Notes: a model not told the origin generated them from the letters alone. A stretch of DNA of 35,286 nucleotides from Alphaproteobacteria bacterium (GCA_021639925.1 JAJXEL010000003.1:1-35286), one strand, 5' to 3'; positions 19,101 to 25,793 are shown, counted from the first letter of the stretch. Program-made: numbers and translations.

Positions 19101-19973
19101 CCCATTTCCGCGATTGTTGAGCGCAATATTTATTCCGAATCAGGACGTAAAATTATTATTCCCGCCGGCAGCCGTATTATCGGTGAATTGTCGGGTACGT
19201 CCGCTTCTGAAGAAGTCGGGTCGGCTTCGAAAGTCGAAATTGAATGGACCCGCCTGATTCGTCCGGACGGCGCAGCGTTCCAGTTTGAAGAAGGCGTTTC
19301 CGGCGATGCTTCCGGCCGCGCGGGCGTCGGCGCGTATATGGATCGTCAGCTGATGAAGAAATACGGGCTGCCGGTGGTTCAGTCAACAATTACTTCTGCG
19401 ATTTTGTATGCGATGGCGACAAACGATTCCGCGGCTGTCGGATCTGAAGGCGAAGTCGCTATGTCCGGCCGTCAGCAGGCGGCGGAAGATGCGCGTACCA
19501 GATTTTCCGATACGATGCAGGAAATTTTTGATGATTTAATTACCGAAACGTCAAAGCTGAAAACACGTTTGTTTGTTCCGGCCGGGACGCGTATTACTGT
19601 TTTTGCTAAATCTGATCTGTGGCTGCGCAGCTCTTTGGAAGACGAGGAAGAAGAAAACGGCGAAATCACGAAGCCTAATGTTTTGTTGGATCCGGATAAA
19701 GAATTCCCTGAAGGAGAAACAACGCCGGCACAAGGCGGCGACGTCAATACCAATAATGCAAACCAGGGAAATCCGAATGATCCGAATAACTTGCAGCAGC
19801 AGCAGCAAATTTATTATAATAACTACGCCGGCCAGCAGCCGCAGCAACAGCCTCAGCCGCCGCAGCTGATTGATCCCAATAAACACAAACAGCAGCCGCA
19901 GCAACTTGTTCCGCAGCAGACAATGCAGGAAAAGAAAGAAGAACCGGTTGATCCTGTTCCCGAGCTTTTCTAA
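13107..19973 (+). CDS. virB10: Giant VirB10/TrbI-family T4SS core protein (about 2,288 aa) with a large internal tandem-repeat region
   Basis: ATG 13107 overlaps the virB9 stop (ATGA). The N-terminal TM is MLLIVGIIAFLAFLTGVIVLL. The C-terminal TrbI/VirB10 pattern lies at about 19020-19630: ILADKAIPAVLARSIDTEQEDIPISAIVERNIYSESGRKIIIPAGSRIIGEL, VEIEWTRLIRPDGAAFQF, GDASGRAGVGAYMDRQL and LFVPAGTRITVFAKSDLWL. About 1,640 aa of 17-aa repeats lie between the two ends. Confidence 0.85.
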   Translation: MNEELLSSSDRYLKKSNKMLLIVGIIAFLAFLTGVIVLLSGGEEGKKDAEVTIGGSAESSSSITGGNADTFNLAEEPAPSTVRLVVTPETMRFDQVVLGTVAEGTLTLSASSGRISITSIEFENKQEDGFVLENKCRKDIVLTGDVTCNVVVRWEPKTARTIQSNLAVRWADETFGGIGRKVIVPISAMAIDTSMCGVCDEAPGSGGSMLDQLRQKGRVILGPDGKPIGYADENGVVYGLDGKRIGTLREDGTVVDDQGYVIGVAEGTRLAIGPNGEILGTILPDGRVIDKDGRLIGYALPDGTIVDLDGNVIGSAVRTGIAYDKNGNPIGRIMPDGTVVDENGNIIGYLNPDGTIVDANGNIIGSVAPQGTVVDASGKALGIVMPDGTVVDADGNIIGRVLPNGFVVDRDGNIIGRVVKEGLAIGPGCRMIGRISTDGSVMSSNRQVGRLTASMTVVDMSGNPIGGYVEEGALIDWAGKIVGKVDQDGHPVSFKGDPLGCLTPYGTVVNDAEEIMAAVLPKGTVVGTQCGVVGRVMPDGSVVGDGQIKGRILPDKSFLSTEGKIEGALARQNVGVGPGCLSLGYANIDGQVITAKGEFVGCLAANGEILDNQKVVLGRILDSAIALNADGRVVGIMDPAGKIQDKQGKILGCMDPDGLVINSKNESVGMLMPIGGVLDRDGRTIGWVMPDGSVSNAKNSTIGKVMPDGTVIDLSGQTVARVAPHKGVALRSACEPAGTILVDGRVVDKEFKRSAYIQMNDTLVGENGDFVGRVAYGSRAISPKDMYLGTTANDGALYNPAGEKIGCLRPDSLFVDSNNKFLGAALPEGIAINNKSELYARGDSIAKALNLKGTEFIGSITLSSFVKEGDTISGGIIPDRADVLDIKTSEKIGRLLPDGTALDLLSRYLGRLRMPGGEIVNKDGRVVGKIFVGMRQVIGPNGEILGVVMPDGTVVDASGRVIGKADLNGKVVDASGRVIGEVIPVGQPIIGPDGKIIGYVGIDGQIVDKDGNPVLGPDGKPLRYRAGGSVVEDSGKVIGRIGDTLERLVYDENGNVIGRVLPDGTVVDLNGNVIGKMLPDGTVVDLNGNVIGRAGPPERLVYDENGNLIGRVLADGTVVDLKGNVIGRVQADGTVTALGSKVIGYTVKDGLGLNFKNEIIGKIDSSGQLKEAGSDKSLGVLQADDTITDSRNAIIGKGVVNAVPVGLQCQMLGSIDDKGQVIDTAGRQIGRLNFDRTLVNSGNSQIGLALGQESIINEPCKIIGQITAEGKAVDTKGAEIGCVDFEGLVKDKNGKRLGRIVQKGQIRGPDDQMIGRIVSSGEALGAEGNALGCFSVDGAVLDKNKKILGVAADMKYAVDDQGKIVAHILGGTYGVNPEGGAFVGTLNGQNLTGSDNKQLGVLVPSGRRVIAVDGKTIGTVLPRGRVHNDRGEEIGYVTSSMRVLTGDRKFLGRVVPIGEECKDGKNNVVGTVHFDGTIVDERKQVLGRLLASGQALDNAGAHLCMISLISTNDDGSLFPKGLIGKMVYGPDGKPLGVVGADGFIRDANGNIIGRVLPDGTVVDLNGNVIGKAYPKGAVFSPDGKFLGIVDADGYLRDENGNIIGRMLPDGTVVDINGNIIGRALLEDGIVDSKGNFLTRAGEDRLVYDENGNVIGRVLPDGTVVDLNGKVIGKMLPDGTVVDLNGKVIGKAAPAGQSKNVRIAVGRDGKFLGIVGEDGFVRDENGNIIGRVLPDGTVVDLNGNVIGSVIEGEPMRDENGNIIGVIMPDGRVVDLDGNVIGRINANGEIVDADGTVLGTWRGGKLTAMSDKLQQKRFAFGKDGKRIGMIMPDGTVVDENGNIIGRVDENGNVIDLDGNIIGTVTDPGAVAGQQGGQGDQKDDRVSIFGTFDPDNYRYRGKSLGAGGGTGKGERYDPARIKQLRALQMAYRRQIRPGRGIGIASVEEDLMKKQKRSKNWNALGIQKNVSSYRVNMDNMILADKAIPAVLARSIDTEQEDIPISAIVERNIYSESGRKIIIPAGSRIIGELSGTSASEEVGSASKVEIEWTRLIRPDGAAFQFEEGVSGDASGRAGVGAYMDRQLMKKYGLPVVQSTITSAILYAMATNDSAAVGSEGEVAMSGRQQAAEDARTRFSDTMQEIFDDLITETSKLKTRLFVPAGTRITVFAKSDLWLRSSLEDEEEENGEITKPNVLLDPDKEFPEGETTPAQGGDVNTNNANQGNPNDPNNLQQQQQIYYNNYAGQQPQQQPQPPQLIDPNKHKQQPQQLVPQQTMQEKKEEPVDPVPELF
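13765..18695 (+). repeat. In-frame tandem array with 51-nt (17-aa) period, consensus about P-D-G-T-V-V-D-x-x-G-N-I/V-I-G-x-V/M-L, on the order of 90-100 units
   Basis: At 14104-14360 there are five consecutive exact-length units: PDGTVVDENGNIIGYLN, PDGTIVDANGNIIGSVA, PQGTVVDASGKALGIVM, PDGTVVDADGNIIGRVL and PNGFVVDRDGNIIGRVV. Well-conserved blocks sit at about 13765-14370, 15920-16540 and 17690-18695, separated by degenerate units. The unit count is region length divided by 17, not an exact count. Confidence 0.85.
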
Positions 19974-19991
19974 AACAATACGAGGGGTAAA

Positions 19992-20969
19992 ATGAGTACG
20001 GATTCCTTTCAGGTTTTAAAATCAACATTGCGTTATCTGTCCTATTGGTATGAACAGGATAACGTGGAAGAAGTTGCCATTAACCGGCCGAATGAAATCT
20101 GGCTGCGCCTGCGCGGGCGCCGGGCTCATCCCTGGGCGTGCCAGCAGGACGCGAACCTGTCCAGAACATATTTGACGGATATTATGCATATTATCGCCAA
20201 CACTTTTGAATTGCCGTTTGACCCCGAACAGGGATCGCCGGCCGTTTATGCCACTTTGCCGGGCGATCACCGTTTTACGGGAATTGCCGGTAAAAACGTC
20301 ATGTATGATAATGAAGATTTAACCGGCGGTATCGCTATGTGCGTGCGCGTTCATTCCGACGACGTCAAATTCGGTTTGGGCGATTACGGGTTAAAATCAG
20401 GGGAACGTCTGCAAAAATTGAATAAATTAAAAGAAGTGGAAAATCCCGAAGATCCTTACGAACGTTTAATTCTGTCGATTAAACGCGGCGACCATATTTT
20501 GGTTTCCGGGGCGACGGCAACCGGTAAAACAACATTTTTGAATAACCTGCTGACAATTTTGGATTCACATAAACGGGTGATTACGATTGAAGATACCCGC
20601 GAATTGATCGTTCCGCACCCTAATCATGTTCATTTGGTGTTGTCGCGTACCGAACAGACAAATACGATGACATATCCGAAACTGATTGACCTGGTCGTCC
20701 GTTTTACGCCTGACGCGATTATCGGAGGGGAAATTTCGACGGCAAACGCGGGGGCGTTGTGGGAATTGATGGGATCCGGGCATGATAACTGCTTTGCGAC
20801 AATCCACGCCGAAAATTCCGAAGCTGCTTATAAAGCGTTTACAGACCGTATTTTGCATTGTTATCCGACGATTGACCGCGAAAAAACGATTTCCGAAATG
20901 CATGACAAACTGCGTGTTGTCCAGATTAACCGCCAGGGCAATATCCGCGCCGTAACGGAAGTAACCTGA
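19992..20969 (+). CDS. virB11: VirB11 T4SS traffic ATPase
   Basis: Motifs EVAINRPNEIWL, Walker A SGATATGKTTFLN, ITIEDTRE, GGEISTANAGALWELMGSGHDNCFATIHA. A GAGGGG RBS lies upstream. Confidence 0.9.
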   Translation: MSTDSFQVLKSTLRYLSYWYEQDNVEEVAINRPNEIWLRLRGRRAHPWACQQDANLSRTYLTDIMHIIANTFELPFDPEQGSPAVYATLPGDHRFTGIAGKNVMYDNEDLTGGIAMCVRVHSDDVKFGLGDYGLKSGERLQKLNKLKEVENPEDPYERLILSIKRGDHILVSGATATGKTTFLNNLLTILDSHKRVITIEDTRELIVPHPNHVHLVLSRTEQTNTMTYPKLIDLVVRFTPDAIIGGEISTANAGALWELMGSGHDNCFATIHAENSEAAYKAFTDRILHCYPTIDREKTISEMHDKLRVVQINRQGNIRAVTEVT

Positions 20970-21035
20970 TTTATCCGAAAAATTATCGTTTGAATTTACG
21001 GGAAAGAAAGTATATATCTGTTCCCGAAAGGTTAG

Positions 21036-22529
21036 GTGTTTGTGCAGTTAAGTTTTACGCTTTACATCTCCGGTTACCTTCTTTTGTTTTTAGGGTCGGC
21101 CATGCTTATTCCCGCCGGCTTGGATTATTTTCGGGAACAACCGGATTTTGCCTTTTCTTTTGCAACGTCGTCCGCCGTAACAATGTTTTGGGGGATGTTG
21201 TTTGTTTTGGCTTTTAAAGGCATGTATAAAAAACCGACAACGGCGCAGATGTATCTGGCGACAACGTTGTCTTGGATTTTGGTGTGTTCTTTTGCCGCCA
21301 TACCGTTTGTTTTCGCGCCGTTTTCCATTTCGTATACCGACGCTTTTTTTGAAGCGATGTCCGGGCTGTCAACCATGGGCGCGACAATTTATCCTGATTT
21401 GGATAACTGCTCCGACGGCATTATTTTATGGCGCAGTCTGCTGCATTGGTTCGGCGGGCTGGGAATTATCGCGCTGGCAATGCTGCTTTTGCCGTTTTTA
21501 CGGATCGGCGGAATGCAGCTGTTCCAAATGGAAAGTTCCGATAAAAACGATAAAATGAGGCCCAAAACCGTACAGGTTATTTGTACGGTCGCGGTTGTTT
21601 ATGTCGCTGCGACGGCGTTATGTCTGCTTTGTTTGTTAATGACGGAACTGCGTTTTTTTGAAGCGCTGAATTTCAGTCTGGCAACGATTCCGACGGGCGG
21701 ATTTGCTCCGCGGAACACTTCCGCCGTTAATTTGTCCGCCGCGGCGCAGTATATTATTGCTTTTTTTATGTTTATCTCCGGAATGCCGTTGTTTTCTTTA
21801 TATTTTTTATATAAGGGTGATTGGAAAAAAATTTTCGGGGATATTCAAATCAAAACATATTTCTGGGTCGTTGTTATTTTAACGGCTGTTTTAACGACAT
21901 GGCTGATGGTCCGCCACCCTGAAATGAATTTTTTCAAAATCATCAGGACGTCTTTGTTTAATATTATTTCCGTTCTTTCTTCGACCGGTTTTAACGCTTC
22001 GGATTTGGAAGTGGACGGCACGTTCGCCGTTTCTTTGTTTATTTTTCTGACGCCGGTCGGGGCGTGTACGGGATCAACCAGCGGCGGAATTAAGCTGTTT
22101 CGCTTTAATATATTAACAATGACAATGGTCCAGTCGCTGCGCCAGAAACTGATGCCTCATGCCGTTTTGGTGCCGAAGTTTAACTGCCGTCCGGTGACAA
22201 CGGATATTATTTTAAGCGTTCTGATTTTTATGATTACGTTTTGTATCACGGCCGTAATTTCTATTTTGCTGCTGTCCATGTGCGGGTTGGATTTTCTGAC
22301 GTCTGTTTCCGCTGTTTTTTCAGCGCTGGGGAATACGGGAATCGGCCTGGGCCCGGTAATCGGCAGCTCCGGTCCCGGTTTTTGTTCCCTGCCGTCTTTT
22401 GCCAAATGGGTGCTGTCGGCAGACATGCTGTTGGGACGTTTGGAATTTATGAGTATTTTTATCCTGATTTTGCCGATGGCCTGGAAACGCAATGTTCTGG
22501 GGCATTATAAATCGGAAGCCGCGTTTTAA
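21036..22529 (+). CDS. trkH: TrkH/KtrB-family K+ uptake membrane subunit
   Basis: Polytopic membrane protein with four P-loop-like motifs (MSGLSTMGAT, TIPTGGFAP, LSSTGFN, ALGNTGIGLG). GTG start. Confidence 0.85.
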   Translation: MFVQLSFTLYISGYLLLFLGSAMLIPAGLDYFREQPDFAFSFATSSAVTMFWGMLFVLAFKGMYKKPTTAQMYLATTLSWILVCSFAAIPFVFAPFSISYTDAFFEAMSGLSTMGATIYPDLDNCSDGIILWRSLLHWFGGLGIIALAMLLLPFLRIGGMQLFQMESSDKNDKMRPKTVQVICTVAVVYVAATALCLLCLLMTELRFFEALNFSLATIPTGGFAPRNTSAVNLSAAAQYIIAFFMFISGMPLFSLYFLYKGDWKKIFGDIQIKTYFWVVVILTAVLTTWLMVRHPEMNFFKIIRTSLFNIISVLSSTGFNASDLEVDGTFAVSLFIFLTPVGACTGSTSGGIKLFRFNILTMTMVQSLRQKLMPHAVLVPKFNCRPVTTDIILSVLIFMITFCITAVISILLLSMCGLDFLTSVSAVFSALGNTGIGLGPVIGSSGPGFCSLPSFAKWVLSADMLLGRLEFMSIFILILPMAWKRNVLGHYKSEAAF

Positions 22530-22954
22530 GGCGAATCCGGTTTTTGTTGCGCAGCCGGCGCGTTTTCGCCGTCTTGCTGTTGTTGGGCGCGGCGCAGACT
22601 TTGTTCGTTTAATCCGCGGGCAATGTTCATATTGATGCTGATCAGGATTTCCAAAGACTGAGCCGACGGTTTTGCCATTACGGCAAAAGTATGTTTAAAA
22701 ATAAAATGTGCCAGATTAAAAATATTTTGTTTTATTTCCAACGGCAGGGGGTTGGATTCTTCTGTCGCGCCGGTGACCAGAATAGTCCACAGTTTCCGGT
22801 TAAGGTCCAAAGCTTCATGCAGTTCCGTCGTCGGTACGGGCCAGCGTTCCTTGATACCGTTTAAACGCGAAGCCGTCCGGATCAGCGCGCGGGCCTCCAG
22901 TTCGTTTTGCGGCATGGCAGAAGATTCTGTGGTCATATACGGATTGGTGGTCAT
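22526..22954 (-). CDS. flaF: FlaF-like flagellar biosynthesis regulatory protein family member
   Basis: 142 aa. The pattern ELEARALIRTASRL...LHEALDLNRKLWTILVTGATEESNPLPLEIKQNIFNLAHFIFKHT matches my recollection of alphaproteobacterial FlaF (LD.NR.LW, N.LP..LR..I). Its stop codon overlaps the trkH stop on the opposite strand (TTAA at 22526-22529). Confidence 0.5.
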   Translation of the reverse strand: MTTNPYMTTESSAMPQNELEARALIRTASRLNGIKERWPVPTTELHEALDLNRKLWTILVTGATEESNPLPLEIKQNIFNLAHFIFKHTFAVMAKPSAQSLEILISINMNIARGLNEQSLRRAQQQQDGENAPAAQQKPDSP

Positions 22955-23058
22955 GGCGGCGCTCCTTAAAAAAACAGAAATATGATAACCGAAGGTGTGT
23001 TAAAAATCAAAAATCTTTGCTAGATTATAAAAACGAAAAGATTAAAGATGAGTTGAAT

Positions 23059-23505
23059 ATGACCGGAACCGAAGAACTTTTTTCATGGGAAGGCGACGTC
23101 TGCCGCGATATGGTCACGTATCGTTTTATCGAATTATCAATTGCCGCTTTAGCGACGGCGTTTGAACAAGACGCGGAACTGCGCGATAAATACGCTTTGT
23201 GGCTGTCGCAGAAAAATGACGAAACAAAACCGATTATTTTATACGCGTTTGAACTGGAACAGGAAGACAGCGTCAATATTTTCGCCATGCCGCAGGAAAA
23301 CCAGTTTTTTATTCAGTTTCGGTCATCGTCGTTTGAAACGTCTGTTTCAATCGTTTATGATATAGATTTGATGGATATCCGCGCAGCCAGAGTCGTCATG
23401 TTTTCCGGCAAAGCGCTGTATGCCGTTTCGTGGGCAGAGGCTTTGCATGCCGCCTGGGACGATGAATTGCTGGCTTTGATGCGTTCGAAAGGAGACGATG
23501 CATGA
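23059..23505 (+). CDS. Small acidic hypothetical protein
   Basis: About 148 aa from ATG 23059 (the track start at 23017 is TTG). It is Asp/Glu-rich with no signal peptide and no recognised motif. Its stop overlaps the next start (ATGA at 23502-23505). Confidence 0.4.
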   Translation: MTGTEELFSWEGDVCRDMVTYRFIELSIAALATAFEQDAELRDKYALWLSQKNDETKPIILYAFELEQEDSVNIFAMPQENQFFIQFRSSSFETSVSIVYDIDLMDIRAARVVMFSGKALYAVSWAEALHAAWDDELLALMRSKGDDA

Positions 23506-24452
23506 AAATAATATCAATGTGCGTTGCCGCAATAGCCGTTTTTTTTGTTTTTTCCGCTCCGGCTTCGTCGGCGCCGGCGGCTGCTAAAAAAAGTCCGTAT
23601 CCGACCAATACCTGCGGCGCAGAAAGCGTCGGCATGCCGTTCAGGATTGTCGGATTTAAAAATTATCCGCCTTTTTCCTGGTCTGAAATGGACGAACAGT
23701 ATTATAAGGACACCGGTTATAAACGTTATGCATATCATGGCTTTATTTTGGATCCTTTGAAACAGTCGCTGAATGATATTCATATCGTGCGGATTCAGGA
23801 CATCGCTTTTGATGATTTTAATGATGCGCTGAAAGCAATGCTGCACGGCAAAGCCGATTTGCTGTTTACCGGTTATTACGTTGACGAGGGAAAATCAGGT
23901 CTGGATTATATTTATCCGGCTTATTTCGGTAATCCGTTTATTGTGTTGTCCCGCAAATCGAAAAAAATTGATGTGGAAGACATTTCTGAATTAAAAGGCA
24001 TGAAAGGCGTTGTCCGGCGTGAAGAAGAAGTTGAATCGCTGATCCGGGGATTATTGCCGACCGATACAAAGCTGGAAGTTGTGGACGGTCCCGAAGCCGC
24101 TTTTCGTATGTTGTTGTCCGGCAATGCCGATTTTATGATCACCAGCCCTTATGCGGCCGATGCGGAAGCCAAACGGTTTAAAATTAAAGACCGCCTGCAT
24201 TTCGGCAGCAAAATATTGCGTCATATCAAATACTTTATGGCTTTTTCAAAGATGTCTATCTGCCGCCCGTATAAGGATATCTTTGCCCAGAAATTTAATG
24301 AGCGCTTTAAAAACAAAGCGGAAATTGAAAAACTGATTCATAAATACATTGATATCTGGGTCGAACAGCATGCCGATGAACCGCCGCTGGAATATACGCC
24401 GGCCGCTGACGAACAACCGGCGCCCGCCGCGGCGGCCCGGCCGCAAGGTTAA
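23502..24452 (+). CDS. Periplasmic solute-binding protein, family 3-like (amino-acid-type SBP), orphan
   Basis: Signal peptide MKIISMCVAAIAVFFVFSAPASSA. The SBP_bac_3-like pattern reads FRIVGFKNYPPFSW, GKADLLFTGYY, LKGMKGVVRREEE and GNADFMITSPY. No permease or ATPase gene is adjacent. Confidence 0.55.
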   Translation: MKIISMCVAAIAVFFVFSAPASSAPAAAKKSPYPTNTCGAESVGMPFRIVGFKNYPPFSWSEMDEQYYKDTGYKRYAYHGFILDPLKQSLNDIHIVRIQDIAFDDFNDALKAMLHGKADLLFTGYYVDEGKSGLDYIYPAYFGNPFIVLSRKSKKIDVEDISELKGMKGVVRREEEVESLIRGLLPTDTKLEVVDGPEAAFRMLLSGNADFMITSPYAADAEAKRFKIKDRLHFGSKILRHIKYFMAFSKMSICRPYKDIFAQKFNERFKNKAEIEKLIHKYIDIWVEQHADEPPLEYTPAADEQPAPAAAARPQG

Positions 24453-24474
24453 AGAAAACGGACTTTTGGTAAAA

Positions 24475-24504
24475 AAACAGGCCGCGAATGAACGCGGCCT
24501 GTTT
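24475..24504. terminator. Bidirectional rho-independent terminator between convergent genes
   Basis: Perfect 12-bp stem AAACAGGCCGCG (24475-24486) / CGCGGCCTGTTT (24493-24504) with a 6-nt loop. An A-run on the left and a T-rich right flank allow it to work on either strand. Confidence 0.75.
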
Positions 24505-24521
24505 AATTAAGCGCGGCTGTA

Positions 24522-25793
24522 TTACCGGCCGGTTGTTTTTTGCGCCAGCAGAGCGAAACGGGAAGCTTTCATTGTCTTCATCGTTTTTGCGCGCCGCTTT
24601 TGAATTTCAAGCTTTTTTGCGACTTTTTCGCTTTCGTAAACGCGGGTTTCCAACCGTTTTTTCAGATAAGGGCTTTTCGCGTTATCCGCCAGTTCTTTCA
24701 TTTCCCGGCGGTCTTCCGCCGTCATTTTTTTATAGATGTTTTCTTTTACCTGTTTGCGCGTTTTGACGTCGGCGAATGAATTTTCAACCGCGCATAAGGT
24801 AATGTCCAGCATTTCAGCCTTTGTGAAGCCGAATTTTTCAGCGCTGATCCGGTGTTCTTTGCCCGTATGCGTGCCGAAAATTCCCGCGTCGTCCGGATTC
24901 AGGGAAATGCGCACGCCCGCGTCGTACAGCTTTCGCGCGGGGTGATTGGCCAGATCGCCCTTTAAATCGGTAACCAGAATACGATTGGACGTCGGGCAGA
25001 CTTCCACCATAACATTTTTTTCTGCCAAATCCTTCATTACTGCCGGATCCTGCGGTGCCGAAACGCCGTGCCCGATCCGCGACGCCCCCAGACGGACGGC
25101 GTCCCTGATACTGTCGGGGCCGCAGATTTCGCCGGCATGCAGAGCCAGCTTTAATCCTGCGGATTTTGCAATGGACAAAGCTTCGGCAAAATCATCGAAT
25201 TTTCCGGCGCGTTCGTTACCGGCAATTCCGAATCCGGTGACCAAAGGATGCGGGTTGTCACGGATAAATTCTGCCACCTGTCTGACGTTTTCCGCCCCCA
25301 GGTTGCGCACGCCCGTCGCGATAAAACGCGTTTCCAGGCCGGTTTCTTCTTTTACTTCATCGGCTGCTTTGGTAATCGCTTCCATCATGGCGTGATAACG
25401 CGGGGCGGACAATTCGCTTTTGCCCGTTTCGGGATTGACTTCCACGGCCATATGGGCCGGGGATAAAATCAATTCGGCATAAACGCCGCCTTCCGCCGCG
25501 TTTTTACCGAGGTAATCTTTGGTTACGTCATAATAATCCTGCGGCGTGCGCATCATATCGGCGACGTTGTCGTATGTGCTGATAAACGCCCAGAAATCGC
25601 TTTCGTCATAGGCGTAGCGGCCGTTGGGAAAATCATTTTTATCATATTGTCCTTCAGCCATGACAAAGTTGTCCGGCAGCGTGATGTGATGACGCTGGGC
25701 CAGTTTTGCCGCCATTTCGGGCGTAACGGTTCCTTCTATATGTTCATGCAGTGTCGCTTTGGGCAAAGACGCCGTATTAAATTCTTTTGTCAT
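24522..25793 (-). CDS. add: Adenosine (or adenine) deaminase with a charged C-terminal extension of about 75 aa
   Basis: Motifs LHEHIEG, LHAGE, RIGHG, EVCPTSN and SLNPDDAGIF. The conserved core ends at about aa 345 of 423. Confidence 0.85.
   Translation of the reverse strand: MTKEFNTASLPKATLHEHIEGTVTPEMAAKLAQRHHITLPDNFVMAEGQYDKNDFPNGRYAYDESDFWAFISTYDNVADMMRTPQDYYDVTKDYLGKNAAEGGVYAELILSPAHMAVEVNPETGKSELSAPRYHAMMEAITKAADEVKEETGLETRFIATGVRNLGAENVRQVAEFIRDNPHPLVTGFGIAGNERAGKFDDFAEALSIAKSAGLKLALHAGEICGPDSIRDAVRLGASRIGHGVSAPQDPAVMKDLAEKNVMVEVCPTSNRILVTDLKGDLANHPARKLYDAGVRISLNPDDAGIFGTHTGKEHRISAEKFGFTKAEMLDITLCAVENSFADVKTRKQVKENIYKKMTAEDRREMKELADNAKSPYLKKRLETRVYESEKVAKKLEIQKRRAKTMKTMKASRFALLAQKTTGR

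Noticed and set aside
9860-20969. Possibility that the T4SS genes belong to an integrative conjugative element or a plasmid insertion.
   Set aside because: No relaxase, integrase, transposase, tRNA target or flanking direct repeats are visible in the window. By eye the composition matches the flanks. This cannot be excluded without the whole genome.
20970-21035. I looked for a virD4 remnant or pseudogene after virB11.
   Set aside because: Only 66 nt separate virB11 from trkH, which leaves no room for even a degraded coupling-protein gene.
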